A DNA stretch of 34,677 nt from Vicinamibacteria bacterium (GTDB lineage: Bacteria > Acidobacteriota > Vicinamibacteria > Fen-336 > JAGNNV01), in contig JANLWV010000299.1 of NCBI GenBank assembly GCA_031364765.1, forward strand, positions 1-34,677. Direction: 5' to 3'. Below the pieces are notes generated by a model, which was not told the DNA's origin, ran no database searches, and saw nothing but the letters and a program-made list of their open reading frames with translations. Shown here piece by piece: positions 24,707 to 34,677 of this stretch. The translations under genes and the position numbers were made by a program. Position 1 is the first letter of the stretch. Each line of letters begins with the position of its first letter.

Positions 24707-25831
24707 ATGGAGACGCTGTTTTCACCGGCGAACAAGGAACTGGGCATCGACGCCCTGATCGCGCTGTTGAAGGTGGCGATCATCTTCAATGCTCTGCTGC
24801 TCCTTTTCTCCCTGATGACCTACATCGAGCGGCGCGTTCTCGCCTTCATGCAGTTCCGCAGGGGTCCGAACCGGGTCGGCTGGTTCGGCATCCTTCAGCC
24901 GGCGGCCGATGGAATCAAGCTTTTCTTCAAGGAAGAAGTGATGCCGGAAGGAGCGAACAGGCTTCTCTTCTTTGGCGCGCCGATCGTGGCGATCATTACG
25001 GCGTACCTCGCCCTCGCGGTGGTGCCCTATGGCGGTCCGCTGGTTCTGCCCTTCTACGGACAGGTGAGCCTGTTCGGCCGTCCTCTCGACATTCAGATAG
25101 CGAATCTGGACGTGGGCATTCTCTTCATCTTTGCCATCACCGCTCTCGGTGTTTATGGGATCGTCTTCGCCGGTTATTCGTCCAACAACAAGTACGCGCT
25201 GCTCGGCGGCCTGCGCAGCTCGGCGCAGATGTTCTCGTACGAAATCGCTCTCGGCATGTCGTGGGTTTCGGTGATCATGGCCGCGGGCTCGTTCCGGCTG
25301 ACCGACATCGTGGCCACCACACAACAGTGGGGGATCTGGCCGTGGATGATTCTTCAGTCGCCCGCCTTCATCATCTATATGATCGCGGCCTGCGCCGAGG
25401 TGAACCGCACGCCCTTCGATCTTCCCGAAAGCGAAACCGAACTGGTCGCCGGTTTCCACACCGAATACTCTTCGATGAAATTTGCTCTCCTGCAGATGGC
25501 CGAATACATCAACATGATCACGGTCTGTGCCCTCGCCTCGAACATGTTCCTCGGGGGCTGGCTGTCGCCGGTACCGTTTATCCCGGATTCGCCGCTCTGG
25601 TTCTTCGCAAAGATGCTGTTCCTGCTCTTCGTCTTCATCTGGCTGCGTGCGACCGTGCCCAGATTCCGGTATGACCAACTGATGGACTTCGGCTGGAAGC
25701 GACTCATTCCTGCGGTGGCGATCTGGGTTGTTCTTTTCTCGGGGCTCACCGCCTTGCTCGGCGAGAAGAAGACCCCGCCTTCAACCGTGGCCGCCACCAT
25801 CGCGCCGGCCGTGGGGCAGGTATCGCGATGA
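24707..25831 (+). CDS. nuoH: NADH-quinone oxidoreductase subunit H
   Basis: ATG 24707 (METLFSPANKE...). YIERRVLAFMQFRRGPNRVG, GYSSNNKYALLGGLRS and TEYSSMKFALLQMAEY. 374 aa. Starts 10 nt after the nuoEF stop. Confidence 0.9.
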   Translation: METLFSPANKELGIDALIALLKVAIIFNALLLLFSLMTYIERRVLAFMQFRRGPNRVGWFGILQPAADGIKLFFKEEVMPEGANRLLFFGAPIVAIITAYLALAVVPYGGPLVLPFYGQVSLFGRPLDIQIANLDVGILFIFAITALGVYGIVFAGYSSNNKYALLGGLRSSAQMFSYEIALGMSWVSVIMAAGSFRLTDIVATTQQWGIWPWMILQSPAFIIYMIAACAEVNRTPFDLPESETELVAGFHTEYSSMKFALLQMAEYINMITVCALASNMFLGGWLSPVPFIPDSPLWFFAKMLFLLFVFIWLRATVPRFRYDQLMDFGWKRLIPAVAIWVVLFSGLTALLGEKKTPPSTVAATIAPAVGQVSR

Positions 25832-26328
25832 TCCTCGACGTCATCCTGTTTTACGGCGCGGCCTTCGTGGCCCTCGCCTCCGGAATCTTCGTGATCGCCC
25901 AGCGAAGCCCGATCAACAGCGCTTTCTCCCTGATCGTAACCATGTGCTCGCTCGCGGTCATGTTCGCGATGCTCGGGTCAGGGTTCATCGCGGTCCTTCA
26001 GGTGGTGGTCTACGCGGGCGCCATCATGGTCCTCTTCCTCTTCGTCATCATGCTGCTGAACGCCAAGCAGGATGAGGGCGACCGGGCCGGCGGCATCGGC
26101 CGCGCCGCGATCTTCCTGGGCATCATCCTGGCCGTGCAGTCGGTTTGGGTGGTCTGGAATGGATCGGCGAGCCTGCCCACCAACTACAAGGAGACGACGT
26201 CGGCGGATGTCGCCCGCGGTCTGTTCTCGTCCCCGCGTTTCCTCTATGCCTTCGAGGCCACGTCCATCCTGATCCTCTCCGCCATGGTCGGCGCCATCGT
26301 GGTGGCCCGGAAAGAGAAAGGGAAGTAG
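25828..26328 (+). CDS. nuoJ: NADH-quinone oxidoreductase subunit J
   Basis: 166 aa. VLQVVVYAGAIMVLFLFVIMLL is the typical NuoJ TM3 region. Start overlaps the nuoH stop (ATGA). Confidence 0.85.
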   Translation: MILDVILFYGAAFVALASGIFVIAQRSPINSAFSLIVTMCSLAVMFAMLGSGFIAVLQVVVYAGAIMVLFLFVIMLLNAKQDEGDRAGGIGRAAIFLGIILAVQSVWVVWNGSASLPTNYKETTSADVARGLFSSPRFLYAFEATSILILSAMVGAIVVARKEKGK

Positions 26329-26655
26329 ATGAGCTGGTTTGAAGCCGCCCACGCAGGCTTCGTCCAGGCCGCCCTCGCGGTGAGCGCTTTCCTTTTTGTG
26401 GTGGGCACCGTCGGCGTGTTTATCCGCCGCAACGTGATCACCGTGATGATGTGTATCGAGCTGATGCTCAATGCCGTCAATCTGGCCTTCGTCGCCTTCT
26501 CGCGGGCCCACGGCACCATCGACGGTCAGATTCTGGTCTTCTTCGTCTTTACCGTGGCCGCCGCCGAGGCCGCGGTGGGCCTCGCGATTGTGATTGCGCT
26601 TCAGCGCAACCGCCAAGATCTCGACGTGGACAGCTTCGATCTCCTGAAGGGCTGA
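26329..26655 (+). CDS. nuoK: NADH-quinone oxidoreductase subunit K
   Basis: 108 aa, three TM segments. [17 protein letters not shown] and [12 protein letters not shown] motifs. Starts directly after the nuoJ stop. Confidence 0.9.
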   Translation: MSWFEAAHAGFVQAALAVSAFLFVVGTVGVFIRRNVITVMMCIELMLNAVNLAFVAFSRAHGTIDGQILVFFVFTVAAAEAAVGLAIVIALQRNRQDLDVDSFDLLKG

Positions 26656-26664
26656 ACGAAGTCC

Positions 26665-28647
26665 ATGTTTACTCCGGAAAGAATCGTGTTGTGGGCGCCC
26701 TGGATGGTGCTCTTCATGCCGCTGTTCGGGTTCATCGTCCTCGCCTTCCTGGGCGGGCTGGCGAAGAGGCAGGGCAAGCACCAGGGGATGATGGTGATCG
26801 CCACCCTGTGCACCTTCGCCTCCTTTCTGCTCACCTTGGCCACGGTGCGGAGCCTGCTGGCCCTCCCGGCCGGAGATCATGGACTCCACTTTGTCCAGCC
26901 GATGCTGCCCCTGAATTGGATCGATGTCGCCGGCTTCACCATTCCGATGGCGCTGCTCATCGATCCACTGTCGAGCACTTTGATGCTGGTCATCACCGGC
27001 ATCGGCTTTCTGATCCACCTCTACTCGATCGGCTACATGGCGCACGACGAGGAGCGGGTCCAGTACTTCTCGTATCTCAACCTGTTCACGTTCTTCATGC
27101 TGGTTCTGGTGATGGGTGGTTCGCTCGCTTTGATGTTCGTGGGCTGGGAGGGCGTCGGGCTGTGCTCGTACCTCCTGATTGGCTTCTGGTTCAAGAAGAA
27201 GAGCGCCTCGGACGCGGGCAAGAAGGCCTTCATCATGAACCGCGTCGGCGATGCCGGTCTCATCATCGGCATGGCGCTCGCGGCGGCCCAGCTCGGCACG
27301 CTCGATCTCCTCGAGTTATCGAAGGGAGTCGGGACCATGGCTCGGGAAGAGTTCGGGGTCTTCGGTCCTCTCACCCTGATCGCCATCGCGCTCTTCATCG
27401 GTGCTTGCGGCAAGAGCGCGCAGATTCCGCTCCACGTCTGGCTCCCGGACGCCATGGAAGGCCCCACCCCGGTTTCCGCTTTGATCCACGCGGCGACCAT
27501 GGTCACGGCCGGCGTCTACATGGTGGCCCGGCTCGGGGCGGTTTACTCGATGTCCGAAACCGCGATGTGGGTCGTGGCCGCGGTGGGCGGGGTGACGGCC
27601 TTTGTGGCCGCGACCATCGCCATCGTGCAGAACGACATCAAGAGGGTTCTGGCCTATTCGACGGTTTCGCAGCTCGGCTACATGTTCCTGGCCTGCGGGG
27701 TCGGCGCTTATGGCGTGGGTGTCTTTCACCTGGTCACCCACGCGTTCTTCAAGGCCTTGATGTTCCTCGGCTCCGGCTCGGTGATCCACGCGCTCTCCGG
27801 GGAACAGGACATGAGGCAGATGGGTGGGCTCCGGACGCGGACGCCGTGGACGTTCTGGACATTCACCGCGGGCTGGCTCGCCATCATCGGAACACCGTTC
27901 CTGTCCGGGTACTTCAGCAAGGACGAGATCCTCATCGCGGCCTTCGCGCACAACAAGTTTCTCTTCGGCCTGGCGCTTCTGACCGCGGGCCTCACCGCTT
28001 TTTACATGTCGCGTCTTTTCTTCATGACGTTCACCGGCGAGTACCGCGGCAATCTGGAGAAGGCGAACGCCCACAAGGCTGATGACCACAGCGGCCACGG
28101 TCATGGTGGCCACACCGGGATTCACGAATCGCCCGCGGTGATGCTGATTCCCCTGTTTATCCTGGCCATCGGCTCCATCCTCGCGGGCTACCTCCCCGTC
28201 CCGCATTTCGTGGAGCCGGCCATTCGGGTGCCCGAGAGCCTGCCCCACCTGACCTGGATGCCCTTCCTCGCCACCGGGGTCGCCGCGATGGGCGTTTGGA
28301 TCGCGTTCCTCCTGTACGCCGGCAGTCTCCGGGACATGCCCGCGAAGATCGCCGCGAAGTACGCGGGGGTCAAAGACCTCCTCGATGCGAAGTGGGGCTT
28401 CGATAACGCCTACGATTCGTTCGTCCGCAATGGCCTGAACGGCGTGGTCGATATTTCCGAGCGGGTGCTCTGGAAGAGAGTCGATGCCGGCTGGATCGAT
28501 GGTGTGGTGAACGGCCTCGGGCGGCTGGCCGTCGAGTTCTCGGAAGGCGGCAAGCTTTTGCAGAACGGTCTGGTCCGAGGCTCGGCTCTTTCCATTCTGG
28601 TCGGCGCGGTCGCGTTGCTCACCGCAGTCCTCTGGGCTCAGAGGTAG
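26665..28647 (+). CDS. nuoL: NADH-quinone oxidoreductase subunit L
   Basis: 660 aa antiporter-like subunit. WEGVGLCSYLLIGFW, KSAQIPLHVWLPDAMEGPTPVSALIHAATMVTAGVY and a C-terminal extension consistent with the lateral helix. Confidence 0.9.
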   Translation: MFTPERIVLWAPWMVLFMPLFGFIVLAFLGGLAKRQGKHQGMMVIATLCTFASFLLTLATVRSLLALPAGDHGLHFVQPMLPLNWIDVAGFTIPMALLIDPLSSTLMLVITGIGFLIHLYSIGYMAHDEERVQYFSYLNLFTFFMLVLVMGGSLALMFVGWEGVGLCSYLLIGFWFKKKSASDAGKKAFIMNRVGDAGLIIGMALAAAQLGTLDLLELSKGVGTMAREEFGVFGPLTLIAIALFIGACGKSAQIPLHVWLPDAMEGPTPVSALIHAATMVTAGVYMVARLGAVYSMSETAMWVVAAVGGVTAFVAATIAIVQNDIKRVLAYSTVSQLGYMFLACGVGAYGVGVFHLVTHAFFKALMFLGSGSVIHALSGEQDMRQMGGLRTRTPWTFWTFTAGWLAIIGTPFLSGYFSKDEILIAAFAHNKFLFGLALLTAGLTAFYMSRLFFMTFTGEYRGNLEKANAHKADDHSGHGHGGHTGIHESPAVMLIPLFILAIGSILAGYLPVPHFVEPAIRVPESLPHLTWMPFLATGVAAMGVWIAFLLYAGSLRDMPAKIAAKYAGVKDLLDAKWGFDNAYDSFVRNGLNGVVDISERVLWKRVDAGWIDGVVNGLGRLAVEFSEGGKLLQNGLVRGSALSILVGAVALLTAVLWAQR

Positions 28648-28659
28648 GAACGGAAGCTC

Positions 28660-30203
<1,544 letters not shown>

Positions 30204-30207
<4 letters not shown>

Positions 30208-31628
30208 ACGTCGACCTTCTGCCCGTTCTGCCCGCGATCGTGGTGGTGATCGCCGCCTTCGTGGTTCTCCTCGCCGGGGCCTTCGCCGGGAGCGGCCTTA
30301 GGGTCTGCCGGAATCTCAGCACCGTGGGCCTCGGCGCGGCTCTGGCCGTTCTCTTCGTGGCGCCCACGGATGGCAACATGGGTGGAGCCATCCAGGGCGG
30401 GGCCTACAGCGCTTTCCTTCAGGGCTCCATTCTGATCGTGGCCATCCTGGCGGTGTGGCTCGCGGCCGCGCGCCTCGGCGACGATCAGGTCCAGCCGCAC
30501 GAGTTCTTCACTCTGCTCCTCTTCTCCGTGGTCGGGATGCTGGGGCTTGCGACCGCCACCGAAGCCATCTCGCTCTTCGTGGCCCTCGAGACCATGTCGG
30601 TGGCGCTCTACGCGCTTTGCGCCATGCCGCGGACCGGCCCGCAACGGCAGGAAGCCGCGATCAAGTACTTCATCACCGGCGCCTTTTCCTCGGCGTTCCT
30701 GCTCTTCGGAATTGCGCTCCTTTATGGCGCCTCGGGGAGCACGACGCTCGCCATCATGGCCCGGGGCGTCTCGCAGGGAGGCCCTCTGGCCCTGATGGGC
30801 GCGGCATTCTTTCTGGTGGGATTCCTTTTCAAAGTGGGCGCCGCCCCTTTCCATATGTGGGCGCCCGACGTGTACCAGGGGGCGATCACTCCAGTGACCG
30901 CGTTCATGGCCGCGGCGGTCAAGATCGCGGCGTTTGGCGCTCTCGGGCGCGTGGTGGCCGTGGCGATCGGGGGCTTGAGCGATTCGTGGGCGCCCGGCGT
31001 AGCGCTGGTGGCGGCGTTCACCATGGTGGTGGGCAATCTCGGCGCTTTGGCTCAGTCGGATCTGAAACGCCTCCTCGCCTTCTCGTCGGTCGCCCACGCG
31101 GGCTACATGCTCGCCGGAATCGTGGGCATGGATGGACGCCCCGAGGGGCTGGAGGCGCTCCTCTTCTACGTGGCGACCTATGCGATCACCAACCTCGGAG
31201 CTTTCGGGATCCTGATCGCGATCCGGCGGAATGGACAGGAGCCGGCCATCGCCACCGACCTCACCGGCCTCTCCAGGCGCGATCCCGGCCTCGCCGCGCT
31301 GCTCACGGTTTTGCTGATCTCACTCACCGGCGTGCCGGTTTCGGTCGGCTTCGTCGGCAAGTTTCACCTGTTCAAGGCCGCGGTGGCCGCGGGCTACTCG
31401 GGTCTTGCCGCGGTGGGCGTTCTGATGAGCGTGGTGTCCGCGTTTTACTACCTGCGTCTCGTGGTCCTGATGTACATGGAGGAACCCGAGAAGAGCACCG
31501 AGTTCCGGATCGAGCCCGGCTTCGTCCCCACCATCGTGGCCCTCGCGGCCGCGCTGACCTTCGGTCTGGGCCTCTTCCCGGGGCCGCTGATGGCGCTGGC
31601 TCGCGCGGCCGCGGCATCGCTGTTCTAG
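30204..31628 (+). CDS. nuoN: NADH-quinone oxidoreductase subunit N
   Basis: 474 aa. GTG start overlaps the nuoM stop (GTGA). KVGAAPFHMWAPDVYQGAITPVTAFMAA, AFSSVAHAGYM. Confidence 0.9.
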
Positions 31629-31842
31629 TTTGGCTGCCCGCCCCGCGGCGCCGCCTGACCTTCGAGGAGAGCTTCGATGAAGCTGTGCGTTCGCACGCAT
31701 GCCGGAGCCCGCGCGGCCAAACCGAACAACGCGGCGACGAGCACCGTCTCTCCTGACCGTTCGCTCGTCCAAAGGCCAGAGAATGAAGAGGATCCGCCTC
31801 GATCACGTACAATCCATCTTCAGGGAAACCAGTCAAGTCACC

Positions 31843-34170
31843 GTGTTTGAACGATATACAGAGCGCGCCCGCCGGGTCATCTTCTTCGCACGCTACGAAG
31901 CCTCCCAGCTCGGCGCCCATTCCATTCAAACGGAGCATGTCCTTTTGGGCCTGATCCGAGAGGGCAAAGGAATGACCCAGCGCCTGCTCAACCGGGGCAG
32001 CGTCCGGATGGAAGAAGTGAGGCGCCAGGTCGAGGGCCGCTGCCGGTACGGCGAGCAGGTCTCGACGACGGTCGAGATGCCCCTCTCACCCGAGGTCAAA
32101 CGCGTCCTGGCCCTCGCCCAGGACGAGGCCGAGCAACTGGGACACTCCTACACCGGCACCGAACACCTGCTCCTCGGCCTGCTCCGCGAGGACACCGCGA
32201 CCGCCGCCGAGGTCCTGCGTGAGAACGGCCTGACTCTCCCGTTCCTTCGCGAGGAGATTGTCCGGCTTCTGTCCGAAAAGACCCAACCGCAGGCACGAGC
32301 GAAAGAAACGCCTCTGCTCACCGAATACTGTCGCGACCTCACCGACCTCGCGATTCGAGGCAAGCTCGACCCCGTGATTGGTCGTCGCGATGAGATTGAG
32401 CGCATCATCGAGATCCTCGGCCGAAGGCAGCGAAACAATCCTGTCCTCATCGGCGAACCGGGGGTGGGGAAGACGGCCCTCGTCGAGGCCCTGGCGTCCC
32501 TGATCGTCCAGGGAGAAGCTCCGAAACCGCTTCTCGAGAAGCGCATCCTGGCTCTGGACCTGGCTCTGCTCGTGGCGGGCACGAAGTATCGCGGCCAGTT
32601 CGAGGAGCGCCTGAAGAATCTCTTGAAGGAACTGACCGATAACCCGAATGTGATCCTCTTCATGGACGAGCTGCACACCCTCGTCGGAGCGGGCTCGGCG
32701 GAGGGAAGCCTCGACGCCGCGAACATCCTGAAGCCGCCCCTTTCACGGGGCGAGCTTCAGTGTATCGGAGCGACCACCCCGGTGGAGTTTCGCAAGCACA
32801 TCGAGAAAGACCGGGCTCTGTCGCGTCGCTTCCAGGTGGTGGCGCTCAAACCGCCCACCGAGGAAGAGACGGTTGAGATTCTTCGCGGCCTCAAGTCCCG
32901 GTACGAGCGGTTTCATGGCGTGCAATTCAAGGACGAGGCGCTCGAAGCCGCGGTCGCCTTGTCCTCCCGGTACATACCCGATCGTTGCCTGCCCGACAAG
33001 GCCATCGACGTGCTCGACGAGGCCGGCAGCCGGGTCAAGCTCCGCTGGCTGAAGCGCTCTGACGATTCGGTCCCCGAGGTGGAAGCTACCGGTCCCGCGC
33101 GCGGCATGCAAGGCGGTGAGCCGGGCACAATTTTCGTGTTCAGGGACGACATCGACGCCGTGGTGGCGCGCGCCACCGGGATCCCGGTCATGTCGATCCG
33201 GGAAGACGAATCGAACCGGCTTCTGCGCATTGAGGACGAGCTTCATAAGCGCGTGGTCTCCCAGGACCGGGCCATCTCCGCCCTGGCCCGCGCGATTCGG
33301 CGAACCCGGGCCGGGCTCCGGGATTCCAAGCGTCCCGTGGGTTCCTTCCTCTTCCTGGGACCCACCGGCGTCGGGAAGACCGAGGTCGCCCGCGGCCTCG
33401 CCGAACTGCTCTTCGGCAGCGAACGCCACCTGATCCGCGTCGACATGTCGGAATATATGGAGAGGCACGCGGTCTCTCGCCTCATCGGCTCCCCCCCCGG
33501 TTACGTAGGCTACGAGGACGGGGGACAACTCACCGAGCGAGTTCGCCGCAACCCCTACTGCGTGATTCTCCTCGACGAGATCGAAAAGGCGCATCCCGAC
33601 ATCTTCAACGTGCTGTTGCAGGTCTTCGAGGACGGCCGTCTCACCGATTCTTTCGGCCATCTGGTCGACTTCAAGAACGCCATCGTGATCATGACCTCGA
33701 ATCTTGGAGCTCGCGCCATCGAGAAGCGCGGCCGCATGGGCTTCGCTCAGGACGCCTTCCAGACCGACCTGGCCACCAGTGACGCGGTGATGGCCGAGGT
33801 GAGACACACCTTCAACCCCGAGTTCATCAACCGGATCGACGAGATCATCCTCTTCGACGCGCTTTCCGACGCCGACCTGGGGCGGATCACCCGAAACCTG
33901 GTCGGGCACCTCTCGGAGAATCTGCGCTCCAAGGGACTTTCCATCTCCATCCGGGATGATGGGATCGAATGGCTGCTCAGAAAGACGCTCAAGGACCGGT
34001 CGTACGGCGCCCGCCCCCTCCGCCGCGCCATCGAGCGGCACATCGAGGACTCTCTTTCCGAAGCGTTCCTGCGCGGGGTCCTGACCCCGGACGCACCGAT
34101 CGAAGTGGGCGTCCACGAAGGCGCCCTGTGGTACTGGCAAAACGAAAGCCGGGGCCGGCTGTCCGCATGA
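31843..34170 (+). CDS. ATP-dependent Clp protease ATP-binding subunit (ClpA/ClpC family, no long middle domain)
   Basis: Two Clp_N repeats (FERYTERARRVIFFARYEASQLG..., LSPEVKRVLALAQDEAEQLG...). D1 Walker A GEPGVGKTA, D2 Walker A GPTGVGKTE, and a ClpP-loop-like GRMGF. GTG at 31843 gives the canonical (M)FERYTERA N-terminus and lies downstream of a TACAAT at 31808-31813. An alternative ATG at 31783 adds 20 aa. Confidence 0.85.
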   Translation: MFERYTERARRVIFFARYEASQLGAHSIQTEHVLLGLIREGKGMTQRLLNRGSVRMEEVRRQVEGRCRYGEQVSTTVEMPLSPEVKRVLALAQDEAEQLGHSYTGTEHLLLGLLREDTATAAEVLRENGLTLPFLREEIVRLLSEKTQPQARAKETPLLTEYCRDLTDLAIRGKLDPVIGRRDEIERIIEILGRRQRNNPVLIGEPGVGKTALVEALASLIVQGEAPKPLLEKRILALDLALLVAGTKYRGQFEERLKNLLKELTDNPNVILFMDELHTLVGAGSAEGSLDAANILKPPLSRGELQCIGATTPVEFRKHIEKDRALSRRFQVVALKPPTEEETVEILRGLKSRYERFHGVQFKDEALEAAVALSSRYIPDRCLPDKAIDVLDEAGSRVKLRWLKRSDDSVPEVEATGPARGMQGGEPGTIFVFRDDIDAVVARATGIPVMSIREDESNRLLRIEDELHKRVVSQDRAISALARAIRRTRAGLRDSKRPVGSFLFLGPTGVGKTEVARGLAELLFGSERHLIRVDMSEYMERHAVSRLIGSPPGYVGYEDGGQLTERVRRNPYCVILLDEIEKAHPDIFNVLLQVFEDGRLTDSFGHLVDFKNAIVIMTSNLGARAIEKRGRMGFAQDAFQTDLATSDAVMAEVRHTFNPEFINRIDEIILFDALSDADLGRITRNLVGHLSENLRSKGLSISIRDDGIEWLLRKTLKDRSYGARPLRRAIERHIEDSLSEAFLRGVLTPDAPIEVGVHEGALWYWQNESRGRLSA

Positions 34171-34677
34171 AACTTTTTCGACTGGCCCTGACCCTCGGCG
34201 CTCCCATCGGCGTTTGGGCCCAGGACGCTCCGCCCGCCCCGGCTGCCTTTCGGGTCATCGTCGAGCGCGTGGATGTCCGCGGGAACCAGTACCTGCCCAA
34301 GGACACCATTTTGTACTACGTCTCCACCAAGGCGGGCAGCATTTACGACGAGGAGATCATCAAGGCTGACTTCCGCCGGTTGTGGGAAGCGGGTTTCCTC
34401 GAGAACATGAGCGTTGAAGAGAACGACACTCCGTCCGGGAACAAGACGCTTCTGTTCACGGTCAGCGAGCGGAAACGCGTTCAGATTGTCGATTTCCGAG
34501 GCAGCAAGGCGCTGACCAAGACCTCGATCGAAGACAAACTCAAGGAGAAGGAAGCGACTCTCCGGCTCGACACCTTCTACGACCCGAGTAAGGCCCGTCG
34601 CGCCGAAGACGTTATCCGCGAGATGCTGAAGGAGAAGGGCCGTCTGTTTGGCACGGTGAAGCACGAGGCCAAAACCG
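34167..34677 (+). CDS. bamA: outer membrane protein assembly factor BamA, N-terminal part (continues past the window)
   Basis: My own translation gives MKLFRLALTLGAPIGVWAQ (signal peptide), then POTRA-type segments RVIVERVDVRGNQYLPKDTILYYVSTKAGSIYDEEIIKADFRRLWEAGFLENMSVEE...LLFTVSERKRVQIVDFRGSKAL. The frame is open to the window end. The ATG overlaps the clp stop (ATGA). Confidence 0.8.
   Translation, partial: MKLFRLALTLGAPIGVWAQDAPPAPAAFRVIVERVDVRGNQYLPKDTILYYVSTKAGSIYDEEIIKADFRRLWEAGFLENMSVEENDTPSGNKTLLFTVSERKRVQIVDFRGSKALTKTSIEDKLKEKEATLRLDTFYDPSKARRAEDVIREMLKEKGRLFGTVKHEAKT

Overview
High-GC (about two-thirds G+C by eye) chromosomal segment from a diderm bacterium, since a bamA start is present. 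PEGA, BNR/sortilin-like and sigma54-type elements suggest an Acidobacteriota- or Gemmatimonadota-like lineage, but that is inference only. All family calls come from motif recognition in the supplied translations; no searches were run.

Left to right:
- 1-2680: a 3' gene end, a relic of a class-III aminotransferase, then a tightly coupled minus-strand cluster (GNAT, double zinc-ribbon protein, alpha/beta hydrolase, isochorismatase-family hydrolase).
- 2855-9235: a complete minus-strand SUF Fe-S operon, sufB-C-D-S-U-T, with an Rrf2/IscR-like regulator as the last gene.
- 9537-10272: a vapBC toxin-antitoxin pair.
- 10410-12582: a divergent pair of secreted proteins. One is a PEGA-domain protein with a very long Arg/Ser/Asp/Gln/Gly and Tyr/Gly low-complexity region; the other is helical and TPR-like.
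- 12801-22147: a HAD hydrolase abutting a truncated BASS transporter relic, an SGNH hydrolase plus a 1078-aa BNR/Asp-box protein, an M48 lipoprotein peptidase, an atypical SDR, panE-like reductase and dodecin.
- 22457-31628: an unusual NADH dehydrogenase I cluster, nuoA, fused nuoE-nuoF, then nuoH-J-K-L-M-N. It has no nuoB, C, D, G or I.
- 31843-34677: a ClpA/ClpC-family ATPase whose stop overlaps the bamA start (ATGA).

No rRNA, tRNA, CRISPR array, transposase or integrase was seen. The many long ORFs antisense to these genes look like high-GC artefacts.

The most interesting items are the Q-module-less complex I cluster with the NuoE-NuoF fusion, the secreted low-complexity PEGA protein behind a sigma54-type promoter with an upstream 10-bp inverted repeat, and a second near-consensus sigma54 element in front of the GNAT cluster. 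I did not find a convincing entirely novel multi-gene system.
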